From the IMG/VR virus record IMGVR_UViG_3300042731_011319, positions 32,001 to 96,000 of that record: a stretch of DNA of 64,000 bases; one strand, given 5' to 3'. Made by a program: the position numbers and the translations under genes. Within the stretch, counting starts at the first letter, position 1. The number at the start of each line of letters is the position of its first letter. Origin of the DNA: a virus. The notes beneath the pieces were generated by a model that was not told where the DNA came from, did no database searches, and saw only the letters and a list, made by a program, of their open reading frames with translations. This document shows positions 38,842-49,251 of this stretch, in pieces.

Positions 38842-39484
38842 TTCCTCCTGTTTTGTTTTTGTTCCACTTTTTTAAATTATATTGCTCGCCCCATTTTCTG
38901 CCAGCATCTTGAAATACACCGTTGAAATTTATCCGATTAACATGTTTTAAATGATTGGAGTCTTCGGCCCTGGTTTGTTTGTGGTGATTAATTAGCAATT
39001 GCTCTGGGTCAATAGATTCTTCTGAAGCCGCAAAAGGCTCATATACATTTTTTGTAAAAAAATCTTTGCTCCACATGGTTGGGTTAAACGAAAACTCAAA
39101 AAAATGATGAAAATGAAAACCAATATATTCATAATTACTGGCGACTAACTCTCTCATATTAAATGGAATAAGTAAATCCCAATCATCTTCGAGCCAAATA
39201 ACATAACCGTTTAAATTATCTAGCTCATTATATGCAGAACTGATCACATGTTTTGCGGCCGAATAGAAACATGCCTTATCCGATATATGTAGGTCTTGAG
39301 TGCCCCCAAGAAAATTTTTAAAGTTACTTACAGCTTCTTCTGTTTTTTTGAATGGAGAGTCTAAATTAATAAACCATTTATAGTTAATATTTTGCTCTCT
39401 AAGTATGTCAAAAAATGGAGGCAGTGTCTGATTGTGCAAATCAGGTCTATCAATTGCTGTAGTTAATATATATAAGTCATGCAT
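38825..39484 (-). CDS. GT-A glycosyltransferase-like protein
   Basis: T...RP, WLEDDW, NP. Confidence 0.6.
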   Translation of the reverse strand: MHDLYILTTAIDRPDLHNQTLPPFFDILREQNINYKWFINLDSPFKKTEEAVSNFKNFLGGTQDLHISDKACFYSAAKHVISSAYNELDNLNGYVIWLEDDWDLLIPFNMRELVASNYEYIGFHFHHFFEFSFNPTMWSKDFFTKNVYEPFAASEESIDPEQLLINHHKQTRAEDSNHLKHVNRINFNGVFQDAGRKWGEQYNLKKWNKNKTGGSVSYE

Positions 39485-40421
39485 TTTGAGAGGTCTTGAT
39501 TACTTCTAGCCACTTTTTGTTTACAGCATCTATAGAGAAATTTAGTATACTAAAATTAAAAGCATTTTCTATAATTTTTGCAACTGCTTTAGGATTGCTG
39601 TTTGCCCAATTAATTTTATCAACAAGATCAGATAGATCTTTTTTGATTGGTATATAATGCTCCATGGGAACCAAATCTTTTTCATAGTATGCTTTATGAA
39701 AGCGCTCCTGTAAAAAAGTCAAACGATGAGACTGAAGAAAGTATTTAACCCTTGGGCTCCAGCCAGAAGCCTGTAGGTCAATAAAATAACTGTAACCAAG
39801 AACAGCATCTTCTAGAGAAATAAAGTTTTGGTCATTTTTATTAGGCTTTGCAAATTTTGCATCAATTAAATCCGGGTTCTGCTCGCTAAGATCAACCAAA
39901 GGGCCACGAAGTTTTGGGTATTTTGTGCCACGCCAAAACATTTTTGAGGAAGCTGGCTTTGACTCTCCAGCAGTACGGATTTTAATAAAGTAACGATCAT
40001 ATTTCATTCCACACCAATCCCAAAAAGTGAAATCGGGGCAACAAATAAAATCTGGATGATTCCTTAAGTTAAGGGGGCATTCCGGTTCGTTTTTATCAAT
40101 GTAAGACTGAAATAAAATGGGTTCAGTTGATTGATTTATGATATCAGCTTTGGGTGGGACATCTATAAAATAAATTTTAACTGGATTGAAGTCTGGAAAG
40201 TTTAGAGCCGTATCAGCCCTTTCAATCTGCTTGATAAAGCTAACTGCTTTTGAGTTTTTTGCATCAAATTTCCATGGAGAGTGATCATAGTAATGGTTTA
40301 ATAATGAACCATTCTTTTTTTCAACTACAACCCTGCCAAACCGAAAGCGATCCTCTTCGCAAGTAAGGTCAAAATCAAAAGGTTTTCCTATAATTCTGTA
40401 TGGTGTAAAATCAGAGCTCAC
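39477..40421 (-). CDS. GT90/CAP10-like glycosyltransferase
   Basis: PD..F..W, FWRG, Y.ID....WS.R.KY.L, L.P..HYIP...DL.DL...I.W. Confidence 0.85.
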   Translation of the reverse strand: MSSDFTPYRIIGKPFDFDLTCEEDRFRFGRVVVEKKNGSLLNHYYDHSPWKFDAKNSKAVSFIKQIERADTALNFPDFNPVKIYFIDVPPKADIINQSTEPILFQSYIDKNEPECPLNLRNHPDFICCPDFTFWDWCGMKYDRYFIKIRTAGESKPASSKMFWRGTKYPKLRGPLVDLSEQNPDLIDAKFAKPNKNDQNFISLEDAVLGYSYFIDLQASGWSPRVKYFLQSHRLTFLQERFHKAYYEKDLVPMEHYIPIKKDLSDLVDKINWANSNPKAVAKIIENAFNFSILNFSIDAVNKKWLEVIKTSQNA

Positions 40422-42162
40422 TTTTTGTTTTTACTTGAGAGTATTTATCGCTATAAAAATTACTAATAGCTTCATCTAAATCAGATGGGGAAGCTAGGGG
40501 GTTTTTGTATACCGCAATCTCTCTAATTAAAAGCTCAGAAATGTGAAGAGCCAATAAAAAAGGAGAATTCTCTTCTTTTAATCTTGAAAACTTCGGATTA
40601 CCTTCGTTAATTAATATAGTGAAATTTTCATTATCATCCACTCTTGACATTAGGTTTTTCTCTTCTTCGCCAAAATCGATAATTATATATCGAATTCTCT
40701 TCGATTTCTTAAGTTTTTGATTTTTAAATCTATTCCATAGTGGAGGAATGTTATTTTCGGGTTCAGGCTCTTCCTCCTCTTCCTCTTCTTCGGGCTCTTC
40801 CTCTTCTTCGGGTTGAAAGTCCAATTCTCTTCTGGCAACAATCTCGGCAAGCTCTTTAAGTTCCTCTTTTTCTTTTTCCTCTTGCTCTTCTTCTTCTGTT
40901 AACTCTTCCTCTTCTTCTTCGTCTTCACCTTCGTCGTTTTCCCAGAGGTCCGAAAAATCTTCTTCGTCAAAATATTCAGCAAGCATAGTTGATACTTCGT
41001 TGGCTAAAGCATCAAGCATATTCATTTTTTCCTCTTGATTTAATTTAATATATTCAATGATCCATTCAATAACTACCCTATAACATTTTTCCAGAAAAGG
41101 CTTAGTGATTGGGTGGTCATCTCTTAAACTATGGTGAGATAAATCTTTAGCAGGCATACCCGTGTCGTCAAGAACTTCAGAAAGAGCATTGCACGAAATA
41201 AACCCAACTAATTTATTAAACACATTATGTATTTTATCGTGATCTAAAAATTCTTCTTTGTTTTTGGATTCAATCCAGCTTATTGTTGATTCAAGTAAAT
41301 CTTGGTCTGATAAATGAAATGGGCATATTTTAACTTTTGAAATAATATCAATGTTTTTGAGCGGGTGATTTTTCAACAAAGATCGGTTGTAAACTAAAGA
41401 TAGTCTAAATTCGATATTAGCTTTTTTATTTTGACCATAGTAATCATATTCGAATTCCCTATTAATCACTGGAATATTAGACCCTGGAAGTTTATAAATA
41501 AACTTTAAACTCTCTCCATTCAAGGTAAGGTCAAACTTTTTACCCTCTTTCTCTAATTGAGGAATAAGGTGTCCAAAAAATGTGCGAAGCTCATTCTTGA
41601 TGATTTCCTTGTTCCAGCTATTTGCTTCAATTTTTCGTTTAACTTTTTGTATTGTTATCCTTGTTCCAGTATCACTTTCAATAGAAGATTCTTGCAAGCT
41701 AAGTTCTCTAAGAGATGGAGAGTATTCGTTTAAGAATGTGACATTAGTTGGTTTATATTCTAAGAGAAAACATTTACCATGAACATTTTTGGTTTCAATT
41801 GTCCAGTGAATTTCTGTTTCATGAGAAAGTTTGTCATTAGCCAGTTTACCTCCTATACCCATTTGACCTAGTTGAACACCTTTCCCGCCAGTAGTATCGT
41901 ATGAATTTCCAAAAACAAAATACTTGTCAAAAGCGTTCATTCCATTTTCATCAGGAATATGATCAAATCCTTGGCCATTATCAGTTATGATGGCGCAGCA
42001 ATTCGTGTCACCATAATAAGGATGGTGCAAGTCAATAGAGCAAGATGTTGCAAAATTTTGAATGGAATTTTTAACAAGCTCAGTAAAAGCTTGAGGTATG
42101 TTTACTGTAGATTGAAGGAGCCTGCTTAAATTAGCCCCAGTTTTGATCTGTATGTTATTCAT
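40411..42162 (-). CDS. GHKL (MORC/Hsp90-like) ATPase with acidic linker
   Basis: ELVKNS, DNGQG, GQMGIG, GT.I; poly-Glu tract; C-terminal I.IN..NP. Confidence 0.85.
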   Translation of the reverse strand: MNNIQIKTGANLSRLLQSTVNIPQAFTELVKNSIQNFATSCSIDLHHPYYGDTNCCAIITDNGQGFDHIPDENGMNAFDKYFVFGNSYDTTGGKGVQLGQMGIGGKLANDKLSHETEIHWTIETKNVHGKCFLLEYKPTNVTFLNEYSPSLRELSLQESSIESDTGTRITIQKVKRKIEANSWNKEIIKNELRTFFGHLIPQLEKEGKKFDLTLNGESLKFIYKLPGSNIPVINREFEYDYYGQNKKANIEFRLSLVYNRSLLKNHPLKNIDIISKVKICPFHLSDQDLLESTISWIESKNKEEFLDHDKIHNVFNKLVGFISCNALSEVLDDTGMPAKDLSHHSLRDDHPITKPFLEKCYRVVIEWIIEYIKLNQEEKMNMLDALANEVSTMLAEYFDEEDFSDLWENDEGEDEEEEEELTEEEEQEEKEKEELKELAEIVARRELDFQPEEEEEPEEEEEEEEPEPENNIPPLWNRFKNQKLKKSKRIRYIIIDFGEEEKNLMSRVDDNENFTILINEGNPKFSRLKEENSPFLLALHISELLIREIAVYKNPLASPSDLDEAISNFYSDKYSQVKTKSEL

Positions 42163-42291
42163 GTTTCTATGGTTTTAGGATTGACCAGCTGGGATAATCT
42201 GGCTATTTGTATCCAACTATAACTTGTAGGTTAAATAAATATAGCAAATGAACCCGATTTCTATATGTTGGTATTGGTTTTTTCATCAAGA

Positions 42292-42765
42292 TTATATTAC
42301 ACTATATAATAGCTCTGTCCTATTTTGTTTGATGAATTTGTATTTATCTTTAAGCAGTAACTCTATATCTTTTTTATTTTGTTTAAAATTTTTGTTTTTT
42401 AGTGGATTAATGGCTACACAAAGATATTTGATTTTATATTTAGAGTGATCAATAGATTTAAGAACCTCAAAAGCATTGTCGGGGTCTATTACAGAAAGAA
42501 AATCTATGTCATCCGGGGCATTATCAAAAGAATTATAAACTTTATGTTGAAGATATTTTTTGCCGACAAATGTATTAGAGTCTTTATTGTTTTTAAATGG
42601 ACTAATTTCAATACATGTTAAGTTTCTTTTAAAATTGGATTTCCTTAAAAACCAACGATCAGTTAACCATTTACTTGTCGAGTTGACAACTTCGCCACTA
42701 TCAAGCTTAATTAAATTGATGATGTGCTTGTTTGGGCCTTCGAGGTGTGATATTAAATTTTCCAT
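42292..42765 (-). CDS. degenerate FkbM-methyltransferase-like protein
   Basis: P..IDFLS.I...EVL.SID..KY.I..L.V, without a clear SAM motif. Confidence 0.4.
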   Translation of the reverse strand: MENLISHLEGPNKHIINLIKLDSGEVVNSTSKWLTDRWFLRKSNFKRNLTCIEISPFKNNKDSNTFVGKKYLQHKVYNSFDNAPDDIDFLSVIDPDNAFEVLKSIDHSKYKIKYLCVAINPLKNKNFKQNKKDIELLLKDKYKFIKQNRTELLYSVI

Positions 42766-43499
42766 TTCCCTCTGTCGACGAATGATTGTTTTTTATGCTC
42801 AGCTTCTTTTCTTGTATTTGGATGCCATACATATGTTTCATTTTCTATAGGCCCTCGCTTTACTAGAGGTTTGCTCAAAGCTAGTAAGGAGAGTTCATGA
42901 TAATTATAATCTTCGTCAGCTGTGTTATCAATTGTTAGCTCATCGCCAAACTTATGAGTTTGAGAAGATGGACGATTGTTTAATAAAAAATGATTAAAAT
43001 TTTTCTGATCAGAACCTTTGATTTCTCTGGTACTAAGGAATTTGTCTAGATAGCTTATTGTCCTGTAATTACTGCGAAAGAAAATCCAGCCCATGCAGCA
43101 TGTAAATCCAAAGGCCTCACGAACTTCTGATGGAAAAGCTCCCTTATGGCGAACCGTAGAAACAATAATATCTTGATTGTTTGATTCTATTAATTCAGGT
43201 ATTGGGTTTTTGAGCCAAAGTGCATCAGTATCCGAATGAATTATATCGAAACCTTCTTCTAGGTATTTTTTAAAAATAAATGTCCTGCGCATAGTGTGCT
43301 TACATCCGGAAATCCAATCATCATTAAATTCATCAAGAACTCTTGAGTGGCATCCGTGAGATTTTAAATATTCATCTGATTCAGGATCAAGGCATAAAAC
43401 CTCATAGTTATCTATAGATAGTTCCTTAAGATGTTTAACCCAGTTGAGAGCTATTTCTCTATAGCGGTAATTGCAGAAAGATATAATTTTCAAGCTCAT
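42753..43499 (-). CDS. nucleotide-diphospho-sugar transferase (GT77-like)
   Basis: NW...L, L..G....D.D.W..NP, G....R, DQ..FN; start likely ATG 43499 (track gives 43535). Confidence 0.82.
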   Translation of the reverse strand: MSLKIISFCNYRYREIALNWVKHLKELSIDNYEVLCLDPESDEYLKSHGCHSRVLDEFNDDWISGCKHTMRRTFIFKKYLEEGFDIIHSDTDALWLKNPIPELIESNNQDIIVSTVRHKGAFPSEVREAFGFTCCMGWIFFRSNYRTISYLDKFLSTREIKGSDQKNFNHFLLNNRPSSQTHKFGDELTIDNTADEDYNYHELSLLALSKPLVKRGPIENETYVWHPNTRKEAEHKKQSFVDRGKWKI

Positions 43500-43600
43500 G
43501 ATATATATTTTAACAAGTATCCATATTTTCTGCATCCTCCTTTATGATGAACTATAAAATTCTGCCGGAGGGCATTCAAAAGAAATTACGGCAATGAAAC

Positions 43601-44215
43601 TCATTTTATGGAATTAAAAAAATACTCATCAAGTGGTTCAGTTTTCAGTATGTCACCTTCATTTGTTTTAACCCACTTTCTGTAAAAATTATTAAATTTA
43701 AGTTTTAGCTCTGGCCCGCACCTCTCCCTGAATTGATTATCAATATTGTCAATAACACCTGTTTTTTTGATTATGTCAAACAGCCGGTGGGCGCTTGATA
43801 GGGATGTTATGTATCCTTCGCCCCATTGGAAAAGTCTGATTATGTTTACTTCTTCATCAAGCATTCCCCATTTACCTTTCATTTGCTCATCAAGGGCATC
43901 AAAAAAGCCAGGTAAGAGTTTTGCATCGTCTTCAAGAAAAAGCGAATAAGGTATTTCGTTTTCGATTTGAAACTTAAGGAATTTAACCTTTGTAATCCAA
44001 CATGCAAGAGTTCCGTAAGTATTAAAGTCATTTAATCCTATTTTTAGCTGATGAAATTTGAGGCCCAATTTTAAAAACTCATCTACTGTTTCTTTTTTAT
44101 CGTATCCATTTACGGATTGAATTAAATTAACAAAAGGAAATAATTTAACTGTTTTATTGACATAAGTAAGTCTTTCTTCTGTCAATAGTGAAAAAATATA
44201 TGTTTGGTATTGCAT
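43601..44215 (-). CDS. GT25-like glycosyltransferase
   Basis: R, V.G, G..AC, LEDD, Y......A..L, ID. Confidence 0.7.
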   Translation of the reverse strand: MQYQTYIFSLLTEERLTYVNKTVKLFPFVNLIQSVNGYDKKETVDEFLKLGLKFHQLKIGLNDFNTYGTLACWITKVKFLKFQIENEIPYSLFLEDDAKLLPGFFDALDEQMKGKWGMLDEEVNIIRLFQWGEGYITSLSSAHRLFDIIKKTGVIDNIDNQFRERCGPELKLKFNNFYRKWVKTNEGDILKTEPLDEYFFNSIK

Positions 44216-44847
44216 TATTTATGATCCGGGCTTATAAAGAATCTTTTAAAATTAATAGACACAGGTCTTATGTTATTTTTTCTTAATAATGTGGCAATAT
44301 ATAAATCTTCGTAAGAAGCATATTCATTATAAGAAGAATCATCAAGAGATCCAATAAAATCAATAGCCTGACGAGATAGTACATAACCGTAACCACCAAG
44401 ACACCAGGGGATGAATTTTCCTTGATAAGGTTTACTATTCCAGTCTGAACCCTTTGAGCATCTTCCAATATGATATTCTCGATTGGCCTTGAGATATCTT
44501 TGGGTCACACCGCCATAATCAATGTCTTTGATTAAGTTATAATTAATATTATCTCCAAAAGTAATATCATCATCCAGCTTTATAAAATGCTTATATTTTG
44601 AAAACAAATGGTAATTTGATATAAATTTATAGGAATAAAAAACCTTTTCGGGTAACCCTTCATAATAATCGCTAGAACAAACTGAGAGTATTTTTGTATG
44701 TGGATCAAAAGAAGTCGCCTTATAACCACCCACAATAAAAATATAATCCTTTATTGATCTTTCTTTCATCATCAAACTGATACGTGGATACGCAAGGTCT
44801 ATATTGCCTTGATGACTTAAGAAGATGTATAAGATATTACTCATCAT
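44215..44847 (-). CDS. GT31-like galactosyltransferase (paralogue of 35993..36649)
   Basis: D.YE.LPEK, KLDDD, HIGR, GG.GY.LS, YED. Confidence 0.8.
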   Translation of the reverse strand: MMSNILYIFLSHQGNIDLAYPRISLMMKERSIKDYIFIVGGYKATSFDPHTKILSVCSSDYYEGLPEKVFYSYKFISNYHLFSKYKHFIKLDDDITFGDNINYNLIKDIDYGGVTQRYLKANREYHIGRCSKGSDWNSKPYQGKFIPWCLGGYGYVLSRQAIDFIGSLDDSSYNEYASYEDLYIATLLRKNNIRPVSINFKRFFISPDHK

Positions 44848-45620
44848 AATTCAGGTAAATAATAATCAGGGAACCAGGTTTGCTTACACTTGCTAACACG
44901 ATACATTTCAATGGAGGGGTTAATTATTTTTGCCCAGCTGGAAAAAGCGGAATGGTTTTTGATTACAAGTTTGCATTCTGATAGAGCCAACATTTCAGCA
45001 ACAGACTCTTTTGTTAAATCAAGCTTATCAAGCCTATCTTTTTGATTAATATGATATATGGGTTTAAAGGGAGATTGAAAAATTGGCACATCAAAAATAG
45101 AAGAAACTTGTTCAGATAAAAACAATTTAAGAGCTGGATCGTCAGACAAAATAAAAATGGTTTCAAACGAATGAGTTTCGGCCAGCTTTTTAATTTTTAA
45201 TATATAATCTTGATTGCTAATTGGAATGTTTTCTTTATTCTTTGCTAATGATTTATCATAACCTCTTAAGTGTAGGCCTAAGCAATTTTTAAAGTCTTTA
45301 GATATGTTTTTCGATAAACTAATTATATCTTCACTAAACTTAAAAAAATGATTAAAGTAAAAATGAGCATCATTAAAATCTTTGTAGTCAAATCTTTCAA
45401 TATCAAGAAGCTCTACATCTTCATTTGATGAATTAGAATCATGGCTGGGAATTATAATCTCAGGAATAATTCTGTTTAAATTACCTGGATCCCCGTGGTT
45501 GATGTTTCTTATATCCCAAGATGGATATATATTGTTTTTGTAGAGATACGGAAGCCTGGCATTGATCCAGTTCATTGTTGAGCCAAAAAGACCTTGCTTG
45601 CTATAACTGTTGATGTTCAT
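44844..45620 (-). CDS. GT-B fucosyltransferase-like (GT23/O-FucT)
   Basis: GLHLRG.DK, IF..SDD, E..LS.C......S.FS. Confidence 0.75.
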   Translation of the reverse strand: MNINSYSKQGLFGSTMNWINARLPYLYKNNIYPSWDIRNINHGDPGNLNRIIPEIIIPSHDSNSSNEDVELLDIERFDYKDFNDAHFYFNHFFKFSEDIISLSKNISKDFKNCLGLHLRGYDKSLAKNKENIPISNQDYILKIKKLAETHSFETIFILSDDPALKLFLSEQVSSIFDVPIFQSPFKPIYHINQKDRLDKLDLTKESVAEMLALSECKLVIKNHSAFSSWAKIINPSIEMYRVSKCKQTWFPDYYLPEL

Positions 45621-45648
45621 TTGTATTTACTTAATGGCGAAGTTTTTA

Positions 45649-46290
45649 TTATTCAATTCCTGGGTAGAATAGCATAAAATCTTTTTTATAGTAGTTATAT
45701 ATTTTATCTCTTGATAAATCACTCCATTCAAATTCTTCCTTGAAGTTTTTTGAATTGTATGCATGTGGAAGTTTTAATTCTTTGATGCCTATACTGGAGC
45801 AAACCTTATTAAAATCTTCATCCAAGTTTTCGAATCTACCAATAAAATCACAAGTGAAATCAGAATTGATTTTATCTGTAAAATAGTGACCGCCATTTAA
45901 GTGAGGGAAAAACTCAAACTGGGGCAGTGTATGATAACTGTCGTACTCACTCCAAAGGTCTTTGTTGAACATTCTATATTCATCATCTACCGTTAATTGG
46001 ACATACTCGTCAAAAGATACAGACCTCTTTTTTTGATAAAATTCTATATCTGGATGTACTCGATACTGTAACTCGCCCCATTTCCATGCAGAGACAAAAC
46101 GATCATATGGATTGCGAACGAAAGAGAAAACATAGTAATCTAAATGGTCATTAAAGAATTTACTGAACCCCCTCTTTCTTAAAACTTTAGATGGTATTTC
46201 TGGGTCGACTTGCCTTAAGAATTTTTCCACAGAAGTTCCGGCGGCTTTAGGAATATGTATAAATATGGATTTATGCTTGTGACTTATCAT
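45649..46290 (-). CDS. carbohydrate sulfotransferase (Sulfotransfer_2)
   Basis: FIHIPKAAGTS, RNPYDRFVSAW. Confidence 0.9.
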   Translation of the reverse strand: MISHKHKSIFIHIPKAAGTSVEKFLRQVDPEIPSKVLRKRGFSKFFNDHLDYYVFSFVRNPYDRFVSAWKWGELQYRVHPDIEFYQKKRSVSFDEYVQLTVDDEYRMFNKDLWSEYDSYHTLPQFEFFPHLNGGHYFTDKINSDFTCDFIGRFENLDEDFNKVCSSIGIKELKLPHAYNSKNFKEEFEWSDLSRDKIYNYYKKDFMLFYPGIE

Positions 46291-46293
46291 TTC

Positions 46294-46890
46294 TCATTCT
46301 CCAAATTTATATCCAAAATGCTCGATGTCTAGCGCATATTTGTCTGAGACGATTTGCTTGGCTTCATCATCATAGTATTCGGTGTAATGCTTATGCTTTG
46401 ATTTGTGTAGAGGATCATTAATAAGCGGAGGTAAAGATGTACCGATTGATTCACAAACAAACTCGAAGTCTTCATCTATGTTTTCAAACCTTCCTACAAA
46501 ATCTAGTTCTAAATTCAGAATATTTAAAAAAACAGAATTTTTTATAGGATTAAATGTGTCATCTTGACTTTTACTTCTTGGGTCTATTTCAATTTTAGGA
46601 AATTTTTTAAGATAATTTGATATATCGATATTTCCATTTTTTATATGAACCCCGTAAAACTTTGAAAATCTCTTCATAGAAACCATTCGATCCCAAGGGT
46701 TTCTTACAAAACTAAATTTAAAGTAATCATCCCAGTAGGGTTCATATATCTTTTTGGCGGTTGAGGCAACAAGGTGTTTTGTAGTTGGATCTATCTCAAA
46801 CCAATTGTCCCCAACTATACTGATCTCCATTGAGGTCCCACCGCACCGAGGGATATGTATAAATATGCATTTATGTTTATGGCTTATCAT
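46294..46890 (-). CDS. carbohydrate sulfotransferase (Sulfotransfer_2)
   Basis: FIHIPRCGGTS, RNPWDRMVS, D...FGY.F. Confidence 0.9.
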   Translation of the reverse strand: MISHKHKCIFIHIPRCGGTSMEISIVGDNWFEIDPTTKHLVASTAKKIYEPYWDDYFKFSFVRNPWDRMVSMKRFSKFYGVHIKNGNIDISNYLKKFPKIEIDPRSKSQDDTFNPIKNSVFLNILNLELDFVGRFENIDEDFEFVCESIGTSLPPLINDPLHKSKHKHYTEYYDDEAKQIVSDKYALDIEHFGYKFGE

Positions 46891-47778
46891 TTAATAACAT
46901 TTCTCCTGGAAGTTAATGTGGAAATTTGGTATGCCTTTGTATAGACAAAACTCATTAAACCTACTAAAGTTTTTAAATAAAAAGTTTGTATACTGAAGCA
47001 AGTAAAAATCAACCAATGCCTCTTTTGCTATATTAATCCTGCCGTATGTCTCTTCCATCTCTAGTTGTATATCTGTAGATTTTTCTCCTTTTTCGTGACC
47101 TGTGCCACATCCCGGAGGGGCGAAATACCTCTCTGTTGTAATACTATTTGGATATTCTTTTTCAAATAAATCAACGAATTGTTTGGAGTCTGTAGCAAGA
47201 AAAAACTTATAGTTATCACAAGATTTTAAAAATGCCCTAGGAGATTCGAATAAAACATTATCTATTTTATCTTTAAATATATCAAAGATAGTTTCTATAG
47301 CATTCCTCTCGCCCTGAAATCGGTTGGAGTTTCCTGTTTTTGGAGGAAGAACTTCTCCGTTTGATGTTCTGGCATGTACGCCGACCACATAATTACCTGA
47401 AAAATATTTCTCACGAACTTCATTAATTTCGGCGGCAATAGTTCCATGAACATTGATTCGATCAAATGTGTTATAAAACTTCTTAGACTCTTCTTTTGAT
47501 TTAAGTGGGTTTTTAATAACTAGCCTTGAATCTGAATGGGGTTCAGCTTCTTTTTTGTATTGATCTATATATTCTTCATTTAGGATGACCTCTATATCTG
47601 TGTCTATACTCTGAAAATATTCCCCGAATAAATTTTTGTCGCCCTTGCTAGCCCAGTGACCCCGCATATCAATAAGAATGTCTTTTTTATTCTGCTCGCA
47701 ATACATTAATGCATTAGTGAGGTGCCACAAGGTGTCACCCCATCCAGTATCACGAGAAAAATAATAAAAGTTACTCAC
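46891..47778 (-). CDS. NodZ-like alpha-1,6-fucosyltransferase (GT23)
   Basis: TG.GD.LW.L..A..Y......ID.R, GVH.R..NGE, FLATDS, AL.D.YLL. Confidence 0.85.
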   Translation of the reverse strand: MSNFYYFSRDTGWGDTLWHLTNALMYCEQNKKDILIDMRGHWASKGDKNLFGEYFQSIDTDIEVILNEEYIDQYKKEAEPHSDSRLVIKNPLKSKEESKKFYNTFDRINVHGTIAAEINEVREKYFSGNYVVGVHARTSNGEVLPPKTGNSNRFQGERNAIETIFDIFKDKIDNVLFESPRAFLKSCDNYKFFLATDSKQFVDLFEKEYPNSITTERYFAPPGCGTGHEKGEKSTDIQLEMEETYGRINIAKEALVDFYLLQYTNFLFKNFSRFNEFCLYKGIPNFHINFQEKCY

Positions 47779-48575
47779 AATATAATTTTTTCTTCCCCAT
47801 ACTTATCGAGCATCTCTTGATAATTTGATATTTTATCGTATGCTTTTTTGCCAAATACTCTTCTGTCTGTGCCGAGAAAGTTTTCTACATTGTTGTAGTC
47901 AACTTCTATATCTAAGTAGTCTATTAATTTATTAAATTTTGTGAGCCTTTCTTGATAGGTCTCGAGACCATAAAGGTCTTCGTATTTAGAAACATAAGCA
48001 TCAAAAGGTAGTAATGAGTGGTAATACGGTATGTATTTTTTATACCATTTAATTCTTCTTTTTATTGGAGGCTCTTCTAAGTCTTTGTATTGAAAAGACT
48101 CAACCTTGGATTTGTGCTCTTTATTTTCGCCCAGCTGCCAAACTTGAACTTGATTAGCTAATTGCCAAGAAATAGCGGGATAAAATGCACTTTCTCTATA
48201 TTGAAATATGATTTTAATACCGTGAGCAACACAATACTCCAGGAAGTGTTCATTGCCTGGCTCAGACACAGTACACCATACATGCTTAACTCCGTCAAAC
48301 TCCTCAAAAAGAGAGTCAAGAAAAGGCCAAAGTAAATCACGATCTTCAGAAATATTGTTAAATTTATTAAAAAAAGGTATATTTTGTGACTTAGGCAGAT
48401 GCTCAGGATTCATCTTATGCTTTTCAATAATCTTAGCATATCTTGGATTGTGCTCAAGGTCGCCAGTTAGGCATGATAGGGGCTCGTGAACTATCCTGTC
48501 GTTTTTATTCAAAGCAGCAATGAGACTGGTAGTCCCAGCTCGCTCCTGTCCGAATATAGCAAACTTAGAATCCAT
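47775..48575 (-). CDS. sulfotransferase (Stf0-like)
   Basis: RAGTT.L...L, HEP, R......AIS...A, YEDL. Confidence 0.8.
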   Translation of the reverse strand: MDSKFAIFGQERAGTTSLIAALNKNDRIVHEPLSCLTGDLEHNPRYAKIIEKHKMNPEHLPKSQNIPFFNKFNNISEDRDLLWPFLDSLFEEFDGVKHVWCTVSEPGNEHFLEYCVAHGIKIIFQYRESAFYPAISWQLANQVQVWQLGENKEHKSKVESFQYKDLEEPPIKRRIKWYKKYIPYYHSLLPFDAYVSKYEDLYGLETYQERLTKFNKLIDYLDIEVDYNNVENFLGTDRRVFGKKAYDKISNYQEMLDKYGEEKIIL

Positions 48576-49251
48576 AATTAAAATAATTTAAATCTTCTAT
48601 AAAATGATCACTTATTATATCTCTAGTGTCTGTTGTATAGTAATCTTTATAGCTCTTTTTCTTTTTATATTCACTGCTGCTGTTTTGCCGCCAATCATTA
48701 AAACCAGTATAGCTTGAGAAGTTAAACCGCTTTGATAAATCTTTTAAGCAAGATTTTATATCTTCAACTTTATAAAATTCATCTATAGACACCTTGACTC
48801 CAATTTGAATACGACTGACATAAGTGTCGTAATATCCCGCATGAAACTTCTTGATGTTACCCTGGATATAGGCATAATCAATAAACCCCTCAAAATCATC
48901 TCTTATATAATAGTCGTGAAACTTTTGAACATAAGGCATCATTGGGGAGTCAATGTTATTTTCAACAAAGTAGTCAAATTTCCATCCACCTAAGTATGTA
49001 TACATTGATACAACTCGGTCAAATGGATTCCTTACTATAGTAAATTTAAAATAATCTTTATATCCAGGCACATCCTGAACTATGCCAGAAAGTGCTCTTT
49101 CGCAAGTGGTTCTGTATTTATCATCATAATCTTGCTGGTTTTGGTTACTCTCGTATTTAGGTTCTATATTTGATAGAAGGTAATGCTTAATAAAGGTCCC
49201 AGCAGACTTGGGGATATGAACATAAATAAATTTATGTTCATGACTATACAT
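48565..49251 (-). CDS. carbohydrate sulfotransferase (Sulfotransfer_2)
   Basis: YVHIPKSAGT, RNPFDRVVSMY, D...FNY.F. Confidence 0.9.
   Translation of the reverse strand: MYSHEHKFIYVHIPKSAGTFIKHYLLSNIEPKYESNQNQQDYDDKYRTTCERALSGIVQDVPGYKDYFKFTIVRNPFDRVVSMYTYLGGWKFDYFVENNIDSPMMPYVQKFHDYYIRDDFEGFIDYAYIQGNIKKFHAGYYDTYVSRIQIGVKVSIDEFYKVEDIKSCLKDLSKRFNFSSYTGFNDWRQNSSSEYKKKKSYKDYYTTDTRDIISDHFIEDLNYFNYGF

Noticed and set aside
42163-42291. Structured RNA or small ORF upstream of the GHKL gene
   Set aside because: Only a short featureless ORF and weak pairing; insufficient support
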